64,000 nt of DNA from an uncultured Acidobacteriaceae bacterium. Lineage in GTDB: Bacteria > Acidobacteriota > Terriglobia > Terriglobales > Acidobacteriaceae. This document shows, piece by piece, positions 17,421 through 26,787 of this stretch (position 1 is its first letter; each line of letters opens with the position of its first letter). The notes below the pieces were generated by a model that had not been told where the DNA came from, did no database searches, and saw only the letters and a list, made by a program, of their open reading frames with translations. The position numbers and the translations under genes were made by a program. The stretch covers positions 154,399 through 218,398 of the forward strand of contig CAWAIX010000010.1 of NCBI GenBank assembly GCA_963782175.1. Direction: 5' to 3'.

Positions 17421-18613
17421 GGTCTCTCCTGCCAGCCGCTGGTGAAGACCCGATTGACGAGGGCCCGCTGAGCGTCACCGTGGATGGCTTCGGCGTACAA
17501 CTGGGTAACGCTGATCGATGAGTGTCCGGCCATGACGGACGCGGTTTTGATGTCCACTCTAGCCCTGAGCAACGTAGTCACGAACTTTTTGCGCAGCATG
17601 TGGAGACCGAATTCCTTGGGGTCGAGTCCCGCCTTGGTCGCCTCGGCTTTGATTCGCTTGAGTAGACTATGGTGCGGCTTCCCAGTGCGTGTTTCGAGGA
17701 TTAGTCGGCTGTGTGGATGGTAGGCTCGCCACTGGTGGAGGTGATTGAGTAGGCCGTCATTTATGGCGATGTGACGCTCGGTGCGTGTTTTGATTGTGAA
17801 ATCCAAGTCTGGCTTCTCGGTGACGGTGAACTGCCCGGCTGTCCAGTCGATATCTGACCACGCTGCGTACATGAGTTCCCTTTTGCGGAGTCCCAATTCG
17901 GCGAGCATGCGGACGGCTGTGTATAGGATCGGGCTGCACGTGGTGAGTAGTTTGTCGAGTTGCTCGTCGCTGCATACCCGGGGCTTCAAACGCGGGATGG
18001 TAGGTGCGTCCGGCAGGTTGGGAATGGTGACTCCGGCCCACTTGAGGAATGTTTTCAGAATCACGTAGCGATTGCGGATGGTGCGGTCTTTGAGACCACT
18101 GGATCGCAGGTGAGTAAACCAGTCAAGAATGTCCTGCCGGGTGATTGTTGGCCACGCTGCCCACGATTTGAAGAGATACTGCGCTTGTCTCTCCATCTCG
18201 AACTTGTGTTGTTGGCGGAGGTCCATCAAGAAGGCCGTAGACGCCTCTCTGAGCGTCCGGTAGGTCGGAGAGGATGCCTGAGTCGCCTGAAGGTCCGCGA
18301 GGCGCTTGGCGAGGCGTTTCTGTGCGGCGTGGACGGTGTTGGTTATCATGTCCTGCATGATGTTGGGCGCGACGATGACGCCAGACGGCGGAGTGAGGTT
18401 CAAGGGTTCGAATCGGCGCTTGCCGTGGTGCCAGTATTTGAGGAAGTATCTGCCGCCCGGGTAGTGACACTCTTGACCCTTATCGCGAACGTAGGCGCGG
18501 CCTTCGCGTATTCTGGGTGACATGAACTCACGCCAGCCGCGAGGGGTCTTGACACGGTACACGAGCGGGAGCGTTTGCTTGCCGGGTGGTTTGGGCTGCG
18601 TCGATGTGGTCAT
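17417..18613 (-). CDS. Tyrosine recombinase / phage-type integrase
   Basis: 398 aa. C-terminal catalytic region LGLRKRELMY..., HMLRKKFVTTLL and AGHSSISVTQLYAE (R...HxxR...GH...Y). Confidence 0.9.
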   Translation of the reverse strand: MTTSTQPKPPGKQTLPLVYRVKTPRGWREFMSPRIREGRAYVRDKGQECHYPGGRYFLKYWHHGKRRFEPLNLTPPSGVIVAPNIMQDMITNTVHAAQKRLAKRLADLQATQASSPTYRTLREASTAFLMDLRQQHKFEMERQAQYLFKSWAAWPTITRQDILDWFTHLRSSGLKDRTIRNRYVILKTFLKWAGVTIPNLPDAPTIPRLKPRVCSDEQLDKLLTTCSPILYTAVRMLAELGLRKRELMYAAWSDIDWTAGQFTVTEKPDLDFTIKTRTERHIAINDGLLNHLHQWRAYHPHSRLILETRTGKPHHSLLKRIKAEATKAGLDPKEFGLHMLRKKFVTTLLRARVDIKTASVMAGHSSISVTQLYAEAIHGDAQRALVNRVFTSGWQERP

Positions 18614-18642
18614 TGGCGGGGATGGTAGGACGGGCGTCGAGC

Positions 18643-18664
18643 AACTGTCAACAAGCTGTCAAAC
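18643..18664 (+). repeat. Candidate integrase arm-type site, right end
   Basis: aactgtcaacaagctgtcaaac lies between the integrase start and the right core repeat. Same orientation as 10508-10530. Confidence 0.4.
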
Positions 18665-18698
18665 GGAGCTGTAAGCGACAGAAAACAAGTGGACGTTT

Positions 18699-18713
18699 TG
18701 AACATGGAACTCA
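18699..18713 (+). repeat. Right copy of the 15-nt direct repeat (attR-like core), containing the functional murD ATG
   Basis: tgaacATGGAACTCA. The ATG at 18704 opens MELKGKKVLVVGLGKSG. Confidence 0.7.
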
Positions 18714-20083
18714 AAGGGAAAAAGGTTCTCGTCGTCGGACTCGGCAAGTCCGGCCTTGCCGCCGCGCTCTTTCTGCGCCGCAAGGGCGCGCAGGTCACCG
18801 TCTCGGACGTGCGCAGCGCCGCCGCCCTCGACAAGGCCATCCCCGCGCTGCTCGACGAGGGCATCATGGTCGAGGCCGGAGGCCACGGCCTGCTCACCTT
18901 CCGCCGACAGGACCTCATCGTCGTCAGCCCCGGCGTTCCGCTCGACACTCCAGAGCTCGTGCAGGTGCGCAACTTCGGACTCCTCGTCATCGGCGAGCTC
19001 GAACTCGCCGCGCACTTCCTCGCCGGCAAGACTCTCGCCATCACCGGCTCCAACGGCAAAACCACGACGACTAGCCTTTGCGGCGAAATCCTCACTGCTG
19101 CCTTTCCGCACGTCCAGGTCGGAGGCAATATCGGCGTGCCCGTCATCGCCCTGGTCGACCAGTCCCGCGAGGACGGCTGGTCGGTCCTCGAAGTCTCCAG
19201 CTTCCAACTGGAAACCACTTTCGATTTCCGTCCCGACATCGCCGTCATCCTCAACATCACGCCCGACCACCTCGACCGCCACGGCAGCTTTGACAACTAC
19301 ATAGCCGCCAAGGAGCGCATCTTCGCCAATCAGCGCCCAGAAGATGTCCTCGTCCTGAACGCCGACGACGAGGTGGCATCGCGCGCCGCCATCCGCGCCA
19401 AATCAAGGATCTTCTGGTTCAGCCGCACTCGCATCATCCGCCAGGGAGCCTTCGTTCACGACGGCGGCGTCTGGTTCCGCGCCACCGAGCAATCCGCGCC
19501 CGAATTTATCCTCAAGGCTAACGCGATCCCCCTCAAGGGCCTGCACAACGTCGAGAACGTGCTTGCCGCCGTCTGCTCCGCCCGCCTCGCCGGAGTCGCC
19601 CCCGAAATCATCCGCGACGCCATCCAGAAATTCCGCGCCGTCGAGCACCGCCTCGAATTTGTCGCCACCGTCAACGGAGTCGACTACTACAACGACTCCA
19701 AGGCCACCAACGTTGACGCCGCCCTCAAAGCCATCGAAGCCTTTCCGTCCGGCATTCACCTCATCCTCGGAGGCAAGGACAAAGGCTCCGACTACCGCGT
19801 CCTGCGCCCGCTCATCCAGGAGCGCGTCAAGGCCATCTACACCATCGGAGCCGCCTCCGAAAAAATCATCACCCACCTTGAAGGCGCTGCACCCATCGTC
19901 GACTCCGGCACGCTCGACGTCGCCGTGACGAAAGCCGCCGACGCTGCCCGGCCAGGCGACATCATCCTGCTCGCGCCCGCCTGCTCCAGCTTCGACCAGT
20001 TTGAAAACTACGAACAGCGCGGGCAAATCTTCAAAGACCTCGTCTTCGCCCGCCGCGGACTTCCCGAATGGCAGAACGCATAG
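18704..20083 (+). CDS. murD: UDP-N-acetylmuramoylalanine--D-glutamate ligase
   Basis: KKVLVVGLGKSGLAAALFL (Rossmann-like N-domain), ITGSNGKTTTT (P-loop), NVENVLAA and DSKATN. Confidence 0.93.
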   Translation: MELKGKKVLVVGLGKSGLAAALFLRRKGAQVTVSDVRSAAALDKAIPALLDEGIMVEAGGHGLLTFRRQDLIVVSPGVPLDTPELVQVRNFGLLVIGELELAAHFLAGKTLAITGSNGKTTTTSLCGEILTAAFPHVQVGGNIGVPVIALVDQSREDGWSVLEVSSFQLETTFDFRPDIAVILNITPDHLDRHGSFDNYIAAKERIFANQRPEDVLVLNADDEVASRAAIRAKSRIFWFSRTRIIRQGAFVHDGGVWFRATEQSAPEFILKANAIPLKGLHNVENVLAAVCSARLAGVAPEIIRDAIQKFRAVEHRLEFVATVNGVDYYNDSKATNVDAALKAIEAFPSGIHLILGGKDKGSDYRVLRPLIQERVKAIYTIGAASEKIITHLEGAAPIVDSGTLDVAVTKAADAARPGDIILLAPACSSFDQFENYEQRGQIFKDLVFARRGLPEWQNA

Positions 20084-20090
20084 GAGCGGA

Positions 20091-21182
20091 ATGGCAAAAC
20101 GCGTAGGCGTAGACAAGTGGCTCTTCGGCGCAACTCTCGTCCTCACCGTCATCGGACTGCTGATGGTCTTCAGCGCCTCCGCCGTCATGGCCAAGGAGCG
20201 CTTCGGCTCGCCCTACGCTTTCGTCATCCGCCAATCCCTCTGGGCTGCCTTCGGACTCACCGCGATGGTCCTGCTCATGAAGATCGACTATCGCCGCTAC
20301 AACAACTCCAACGTCGTCTTTCCTGCCGTTGCCGTCTCTGTTCTGCTGCTGCTGGTCGCGTTCCTGATGCACGACTCACACGCCACCCATCGCTGGATCC
20401 GCTTCGGCGCGCTCTCCTTTCAGCCATCTGAGATAGCGAAGCCCGCGCTCGTGCTCTTTCTTGCCTGGTTCCTGCAGAACCGCATGCAGACCATCGAAGA
20501 TTTCCGCGGAACCATCCTTCCCGCCGCTCTGCCCAGCCTCATCTTCATCGCGCTCATTTTGAAAGAGCCCGACCTTGGCACCGCGCTGGTCTGCGCAGGA
20601 GTCACCGCGCTCATGCTCTATCTCGCCGGCATGAACATGAAATATCTCGGGCTCGCCGCGCTCGCCTCCGCGCCCGTGCTCTACTTCATGCTCTTCCGGG
20701 TCAAGTGGCGGCGTGACCGCATTCTCGCCTTCCTCAACCCTGAGTCCGACCCGCTCGGCAAGGGCTTCCACATCATCCAATCGCTCATCGCCGTCGGCAC
20801 CGGAGGCCTCTCCGGCACGGGATTCATGGACGGCCGCCAGAAGCTCTTCTATCTGCCCGAGCCCCACACCGACTACATCTTCGCCAACATTGCCGAAGAA
20901 CTCGGCCTCATCGGAGCCATCGCCGTCGTCGGCCTCTTCATCGTGCTCGGCTACCGCGGAATGCGCGCCGCCATTCTCTCCAAGGACCCCTTCGCCCGCT
21001 TCCTCGCCTTCGGCATCACGGCGACGCTCCTCATCCAGGCCTTCTTCAACATCAGCGTGGTCCTCGCCCTCGTTCCCACCAAAGGCATCACCCTCCCCTT
21101 CATCTCCTACGGAGGAACCTCGCTGTTCATCATGCTTGCGTCCATCGGCGTGCTCCTGAATATCACGCGGGAAGTGGATTAG
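20091..21182 (+). CDS. ftsW: SEDS-family peptidoglycan glycosyltransferase / cell-division protein FtsW
   Basis: ATG 20091 follows tAGGAGcgga. Motifs: LFGATLVLTVIGLLMVFSAS, SFQPSEIAKPAL, EPDLGTA, LPEPHTDYIFA, GITLPFISYGGTS. Confidence 0.92.
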   Translation: MAKRVGVDKWLFGATLVLTVIGLLMVFSASAVMAKERFGSPYAFVIRQSLWAAFGLTAMVLLMKIDYRRYNNSNVVFPAVAVSVLLLLVAFLMHDSHATHRWIRFGALSFQPSEIAKPALVLFLAWFLQNRMQTIEDFRGTILPAALPSLIFIALILKEPDLGTALVCAGVTALMLYLAGMNMKYLGLAALASAPVLYFMLFRVKWRRDRILAFLNPESDPLGKGFHIIQSLIAVGTGGLSGTGFMDGRQKLFYLPEPHTDYIFANIAEELGLIGAIAVVGLFIVLGYRGMRAAILSKDPFARFLAFGITATLLIQAFFNISVVLALVPTKGITLPFISYGGTSLFIMLASIGVLLNITREVD

Positions 21183-21233
21183 AGATCGAAACCTGGCGGT
21201 CCGCGCCCGGCCTCTTTGCTATCCTTTCCCACA

Positions 21234-22572
21234 ATGCGAAAGCCAATCCTGCTTCTGCTGGCTGGGGCGGTTGTTGTCCCCGGCGTCCTGGCCCAGTCTG
21301 TGTCTCCCCAGCAAAAGGCCATCGTTGCTTACGTCGATGCCAACGAGCAGGCCTCGAATGCGCTGCTTCAAAAACTGGTGAACATCAACAGCGGAACGCA
21401 CAACCTCGAGGGCGTGCGGGCTGTCGGCAAAATAATGATGGCGCAACTCGATCAGCTTGGCTTCAAGGTTCGGTGGGTACCGATGGACGAGGTGCATCGC
21501 GCGGGAACGCTGGTAGCCGAACATCCGTGCCCTGACCCTGGCAAATGCGGCAAGCGCATGCTGCTGATCGGCCACATGGACACGGTCTTCGAGAAGAGCA
21601 GCCCGTTTCAGGCCTACTCAGTCAACGGGCACATCGCGACCGGCCCGGGCGTGAACGACATGAAGGGCGGCCTGGTCGACATGCTGTACGCGCTCAAAGC
21701 GCTCGCTGCCGCTGGCGTGCTGAAGCAGATGGATATCACCGTCGTCCTGAGCGGCGACGAGGAGGCGCACGGCGAGCCCGCCGAGATCGCCAGGCGCGAC
21801 ATGCTGGAAGCCGCCAAGCACAGCGACGTGGCGCTGGAGTTCGAGGCGACTCCACGGCTGGACGGTGTTTACTATGGCAGCGTAAGCCGGCGCAGCTCAA
21901 TCTCCTGGAAGATCGAAACCACAGGGGAATCAGGGCACTCTTCGGCAATCTTTTCCGAAGGCAAGGGCTACGGCGCAATTTATGAGCTGACCCGGATTCT
22001 CGACGCCTTTCGTACCCAGCTCCCGGAACAATATCTGACATTCAATGTGGGGACTGGTGCTGGGCGGCACCAGCATCAGCGTCGACAAGGACGGCATCAG
22101 CGGCACTGCGGCCGGCAAGGGCAACGTCATTCCTCCGACGGCTTACGCGTCTGGAGATATCCGCACCATCTCGAACGACCAGACCGAGCGAGTGGAGAAG
22201 AAGATGCAGGCGATCGTCGCCCAGCACCTGCCCAAGACAAACGCGACGATCAGTTTCGGTGAGGGATATCCCGCGATGGCGCCAACGGCTGAGAGCCGCG
22301 CTCTCCTGGGCCTTCTGAACCAGGTGAATCAGAGCCTGGGCTTCTCGCCAATGCCCGAACTCGACCCCATGAAGCGCGGTGCGGGCGACATCGCGTTTGT
22401 CTCCCCGCCCCTGCCGGGACTGGCCGGCATCGGGGCGACCGGCGAGGGAGCACACGAGCCCGGCGAAACCATCGACCTCGCCGCGCAGCCCATCAACACC
22501 AAGCGGGCTGCCCTGCTCATGTATCGCCTGAGCAGGACGGACGGCGACGCCAGCCTCACTGCCCCACAATGA
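21234..22572 (+). pseudogene. Secreted M20-family metallopeptidase (carboxypeptidase G2-like); frame broken by one extra nucleotide near 22053
   Basis: Signal peptide MRKPILLLLAGAVVVPGVLA. LLIGHMDTVF, GPGVNDMKGG and SGDEEAHG metal/catalytic motifs. ORFs 21216-22262 and 22045-22572 rejoin as ...LTFNVG/LVLGGTSISVD.... Confidence 0.8.
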
Positions 22573-22606
22573 GCAGCAATCAGCAGCAGTGAGCGCCCCG
22601 GCCCCG

Positions 22607-22897
22607 TCAGGCCGACTGTAGAAACGCCACCGACTGCAGGCCCACAACCTCAAAGCGCTTTCGGCAGCGGACATTCTTGCAGGCAGTCATGTCATCCCTG
22701 CGCACCATATAGGACTGCGCTTTGGCGAAGCGGGCGCGATCGCGCTCGTCGGCGTGGCGCGGCAGTGAATTCTTCTTATGCCGAACCAGCCATGAAATCT
22801 GATACTCGTCTGCCTTGCCACAATGCGGACACGTCAAGGTGTGGGTCCGTTGCTCGGATCTTTCCTCGAAGAAGTCGCGTTCTTCCATGAAGGCCAC
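22607..22897 (-). CDS. Small zinc-ribbon-type hypothetical protein
   Basis: 96 aa with CPHCG...CKNVRC cysteine pairs. Protein-like composition. Confidence 0.5.
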   Translation of the reverse strand: MAFMEERDFFEERSEQRTHTLTCPHCGKADEYQISWLVRHKKNSLPRHADERDRARFAKAQSYMVRRDDMTACKNVRCRKRFEVVGLQSVAFLQSA

Positions 22898-22976
22898 CTG
22901 CCACTGTTACGACTTCATTGTAAGGATGGCGGGGCATCAAAAGGAAGTGCTACGTTGGGGCTGGACGCAAGGTTAA

Positions 22977-23156
22977 ATGGCGAAAAAACGCGCGAAAAAG
23001 AAAACCTTCTCGGCGGTTAAGGCCGTCAAGTCGAACGCACGCGACCGCGTGGGCCAGCCGAAACCGGAGCGGGTCATCGAAGACACGTCCCGCGAGCTGA
23101 AGCGCCGGGAAAAGCACAAGCCCACGTTGAGCGATCTTCTGAATACTGGGGAGTGA
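22977..23156 (+). CDS. Small Lys/Arg-rich hypothetical protein (59 aa; below the cut-off of the ORF track)
   Basis: My own translation: MAKKRAKKKTFSAVKAVKSNARDRVGQPKPERVIEDTSRELKRREKHKPTLSDLLNTGE*. No domain recognised. Confidence 0.3.
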   Translation: MAKKRAKKKTFSAVKAVKSNARDRVGQPKPERVIEDTSRELKRREKHKPTLSDLLNTGE

Positions 23157-23188
23157 GCCGCTACGCCCGCCCGCACTATACTCGCAGC

Positions 23189-23836
23189 ATGAGCCAGCAA
23201 TTCCTAAATCTCGTTCGCAGCGGAGATACGGCGAAGATCGCCTCGGAAGTTGAGGCGAATCCCACGCTGGCCTGCTGCCGGGATGCGCAAGGTGTCTCTG
23301 CGCTGATGTGGTCTGTTTATGCCGGCCAGCCCCTGGTTCGCGACTTCCTCCGGCTGCACGCTGGCGAGCTGAACGTCTCTGAAGCGGCTTGTCTTGGCGA
23401 CATCGATTGCCTGCGCAGGCTTATCGCAGCCGACGCCATGATGGCGCGCGAAGTCTCGGGCGATGGCTGGCCGCCGCTGCATCTTTCAGCGGCTTTCGCG
23501 ACCCCTGAAGCGGTTACGCTGCTGCTCGAGCACGGGGCACATATCCACCAGATCTCGCACAATCCTGTGCGGAACCACGCGCTGCACGCCTGCATCGCTC
23601 TGGGAAATTCAGTCGACGTTGCGCGGCTTCTCATCGATGCCGGCGCTCAGGTGAACGCGACTGCCGCGGGTGGCTATACGCCTCTGCACATTGCCGCGTC
23701 CAACGGCAATCGAGATATGGTCGTCCTGCTACTCGAAAATGGCGCCGACCCGGCCGCCCGTTGCGACCAGGACAAGACTCCCGCCGACTATGCGCGCGAG
23801 CGCGGACATGCGGAAGTTCTCGCTCTACTGGTCTGA
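23189..23836 (+). CDS. Ankyrin-repeat protein
   Basis: Repeats such as GWPPLHLSAAFATPEAVTLLLEHGAHI and GYTPLHIAASNGNRDMVVLLLENGADP. Confidence 0.85.
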   Translation: MSQQFLNLVRSGDTAKIASEVEANPTLACCRDAQGVSALMWSVYAGQPLVRDFLRLHAGELNVSEAACLGDIDCLRRLIAADAMMAREVSGDGWPPLHLSAAFATPEAVTLLLEHGAHIHQISHNPVRNHALHACIALGNSVDVARLLIDAGAQVNATAAGGYTPLHIAASNGNRDMVVLLLENGADPAARCDQDKTPADYARERGHAEVLALLV

Positions 23837-23972
23837 AGCAGATCCCAACAATTTCGCGGTTTTTTGTCCGAACAGGCAACCAATCCCGAACACCCTCTTC
23901 AGGCCGGCTTCACAAGCGGCGCAACTCTTCACACCTGCGATGCCTTCCAAACAAGTGAGGAGAAAAGCCGAC

Positions 23973-24363
23973 ATGCGTTCATTCAAGCTGCTTGCGTTAC
24001 CAGTGCTGGCTGCCGCTGCGATGTGGATGGCAACGCCCACTTCTCCGGCCCAGGTTTCTGTCAACATCGGCCCGGAGCCAGTGTGCCCCTATGGCTATTA
24101 CAACTACGCACCCTATCAGTGCGCCCCATATCGGATATTACGGGCCTGACTGGTTCTCGAACGGGGTTTTCATCGGGGTCGGACCGTGGTATCACGGGCA
24201 CGAACAATTCTGGGGACACGTCGATAACCACTACGATCCGCAACATGGCTATCACGGACCGTATCCGGCGCGGGGAGAGCATCCCAACCCGGAGAATTTC
24301 GCCCACCACGCAGAAAACTTCCACGGAAACGAGATGCGTGACGGTCGCGGGCACGTGAAATAG
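23973..24363 (+). pseudogene. Small secreted Gly/Tyr/His/Pro-rich protein; frame broken by one extra nucleotide near 24132
   Basis: GAGGAG RBS, then signal peptide MRSFKLLALPVLAAAAMWMATPTSPAQ. Frame A ends ...YQCAPYRILRA*. Removing c24132 gives ...YQCAPY/GYYGPDWFSNGVFIGVGPWYHGHEQFWGHVDNHYDPQHGYHGP... through to 24363. Confidence 0.55.
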
Positions 24364-24425
24364 CCCCTACGGGCAGTGGCAGTAAATCAAGGCGGCGGAC
24401 ACGCGCCGATGGCGCCGGCGACTCA

Positions 24426-25157
24426 TTACGCGCCTATGGCGCGAAGGATGAGCCCGGCGATGATCCCTCCGACCGCGGGGCCGACGATCGGGATTCCCGC
24501 ATAACCCCAGTCCGAGCCGCCCTTTCCGGCGATGGGCAAAACGGCGTGAGCGAGCCGCGGGCCGAAGTCGCGCGCCGGGTTGATCGCGTATCCGGTCGTG
24601 CCTCCCAGGGACAGCCCGATCCCCCAAACAACGCAGCTCACCAAGTAGGGGCTCATGCCGGCGGCGGCTCCCGTGGAGAGCACAAGCTTTGAAGTCATCG
24701 CTCCGATAACAACGATGAGCGTTGCCGTCGCCACCACTTCGCAAAAGAAGCTGGTCGCGAGGTTGCGGATGGCCGGAGATGTGCAGAAGACGCCGAGCTT
24801 GAGCGCGGGATCTTCGGTGATCGCCCAGTGAGGAAAGTAGAACAGCCAGACCAGCGCAGCTCCGCAGAAGGCTCCGGCGATCTGCGCACACGCAAATGGC
24901 GCGAGATTCTGGAAGCTGCCGGTCTTCAGGGCGAACGCCAGCGTAATAGCCGGGTTGAGGTGCGCGTCGGGGCTGCCGAAGAGGTTCGCGGTGAACACCC
25001 CGCAGAGCACGGCAAAAGCCCACGCGCTGGTGATGGCGAGCCATCCGGCGTTCTCGGCCTTGCTGCGCTTCAGCAGTACTCCGGCAACGACACCATCGCC
25101 GAGCAGGATCAGAACCATCGTTCCTGCGAACTCGCCTAAAAAAGGTGAACGGATCAA
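24426..25157 (-). CDS. glpF: Aquaglyceroporin (MIP family glycerol facilitator)
   Basis: Two NPA boxes (HLNPAITLAFAL and INPARDFGPRLAH), six-TM composition, and a position downstream of glpK-glpD. Confidence 0.9.
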   Translation of the reverse strand: MIRSPFLGEFAGTMVLILLGDGVVAGVLLKRSKAENAGWLAITSAWAFAVLCGVFTANLFGSPDAHLNPAITLAFALKTGSFQNLAPFACAQIAGAFCGAALVWLFYFPHWAITEDPALKLGVFCTSPAIRNLATSFFCEVVATATLIVVIGAMTSKLVLSTGAAAGMSPYLVSCVVWGIGLSLGGTTGYAINPARDFGPRLAHAVLPIAGKGGSDWGYAGIPIVGPAVGGIIAGLILRAIGA

Positions 25158-25179
25158 AGAGTGTTTCCCTTTCGATGAA

Positions 25180-26787
25180 TCATGCCTGCATCACCGCGGA
25201 CTCAGGTAGGTAACCCGCGCCCATTCCGCGGAACTCGACGAGTTGCGTGCTGATCCAGGCATCGTCGCGGCCCAGCTCGCGGGCCATGATAGCCGCGACC
25301 GCAGGAGCCATTTCGAGCGTGGCGCGGGAGTTGAGAAAGAGCGCACGGGTGCGTCGCGCCAGCACGTCGTCCAGGGTGCGGGCCATCTCGTGGCGCACGG
25401 CCCAAACCACCTCGGCGGCAATATAGGGCAGAGCCGGATGCAAGGGTTTGGCAAGCTCTGGATCTTCCTCGGCGAGGCGCGCGATGAGGGCTGCGTCCGA
25501 CCCATAGACGCCCATGTTGCTGAGCCCATCGATCTCGTCGTCGTAGCCGTGAATCTTGAGGTGCTGAGTGCGGCATTCGGAGTCAGGCAGGCTGCCAAGT
25601 GTGATCGCGTGATCGACGCAGTCCTCGGCCATGTGCCGATAGGTGGTCCACTTGCCTCCGACAATGGTCAGCAGGCCGGAGTGGTCGACGTGGATGGTGT
25701 GGTCGCGTGAAAGAGCCGAGGTCTTGCTGGCTGCAGATCCGGCTTTGACCAGCGGGCGGATTCCCGTGTAAACGCTGAGAATGTCGCTGCGCGTGGGCGG
25801 CCGGCTCAGATAGCGTGATGCGGTGTCCAGAATGAACTCGATCTCCTGCTCGAATGGCAGTGGGTCGTAAGAAGGGCCGTCGATCGGCGTGTCGGTCGTG
25901 CCGACGACTGTGTGCTCGTGCCAGGGAATGGCGAACATCACGCGGCCGTCGCTGGTGTGCGGCACCATGATGGCGGTGTCGCCGCGCAGGAACGAGCGCT
26001 CGAAGACGAGATGGATACCCTGGCTGGGGGCCACCATGCCTTCCACGCCGGGATCGCAAAGGCGGCGCACCTCGTCAGTGAAGATGCCGGTGGCATTGAC
26101 GATGACCTTGCCTGGCACGGTGAAGCGCTCGCCCGACTCGCGGTCAGTGATGCTGACGCGGTCGACGAACCCGTCATCGCCCTTGAGGATCGCGGTCACC
26201 TCGGCGTAGTTGGCAACGGTAGCGCCGTACTCGGCTGCGGTCATGATCAGGTGAATGAGCAGACGCGAGTCGTCAAACTGGCCGTCGTAATACATCACCC
26301 CGCCGCGCAGGCCATCGGTCTGGATGTTGGGCAGGCGCTCCAGCGTTTCTTCGCGCGAAAGGATGCGCGACTTGCCGAAGCCGTACTTGCCGGCGAGCAG
26401 GTCGTAGACCTTCATGCCGATTCCGTAGAAGGGCGCTTCCCACCAGGAATAATTCGGCACAACGAAGGAGAGGTCGTGGACGAGATGCGGGGCGTTCTGT
26501 CGCAGTAGACCGCGCTCCTTGAGGGCGTCCATTACCAGCGAGACGTTGCCTTGCTCGAGGTAGCGAACCCCTCCGTGGACGAGCTTGGTGCTGCGGCTGG
26601 ATGTAGCTTTACCGAAGTCCTCGCGTTCGATGAGAAGCACATCGAAGTCGCGGGTTGCGGCGTCCACGGCAATGCCGGCTCCGGTGGCGCCGCCGCCAAT
26701 GACGATGATGTCCCAGGGCTCGGTGCGGGCGCGGATGCGGTCGATCATCGACTCGCGATTCATGTCCAAAGCATTCAAGGCATTCAT
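25180..26787 (-). CDS. glpD: FAD-dependent glycerol-3-phosphate dehydrogenase
   Basis: [54 protein letters not shown]. Start chosen at the ATG forming an ATGA overlap with the glpK stop; the ORF extends to 26832. Confidence 0.9.
   Translation of the reverse strand: MNALNALDMNRESMIDRIRARTEPWDIIVIGGGATGAGIAVDAATRDFDVLLIEREDFGKATSSRSTKLVHGGVRYLEQGNVSLVMDALKERGLLRQNAPHLVHDLSFVVPNYSWWEAPFYGIGMKVYDLLAGKYGFGKSRILSREETLERLPNIQTDGLRGGVMYYDGQFDDSRLLIHLIMTAAEYGATVANYAEVTAILKGDDGFVDRVSITDRESGERFTVPGKVIVNATGIFTDEVRRLCDPGVEGMVAPSQGIHLVFERSFLRGDTAIMVPHTSDGRVMFAIPWHEHTVVGTTDTPIDGPSYDPLPFEQEIEFILDTASRYLSRPPTRSDILSVYTGIRPLVKAGSAASKTSALSRDHTIHVDHSGLLTIVGGKWTTYRHMAEDCVDHAITLGSLPDSECRTQHLKIHGYDDEIDGLSNMGVYGSDAALIARLAEEDPELAKPLHPALPYIAAEVVWAVRHEMARTLDDVLARRTRALFLNSRATLEMAPAVAAIMARELGRDDAWISTQLVEFRGMGAGYLPESAVMQA

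Larger units (their letters stand above)
10455..18713. mobile_element. ~8.2 kb integrative island inserted at the murD start codon
   Basis: 15-nt direct repeats at both ends. Tyrosine integrase sits at the right end. An AT-rich left junction contrasts with the GC-rich flanks. Cargo: IS630, Rep-like remnant, serine recombinase, TIR protein. Confidence 0.7.
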
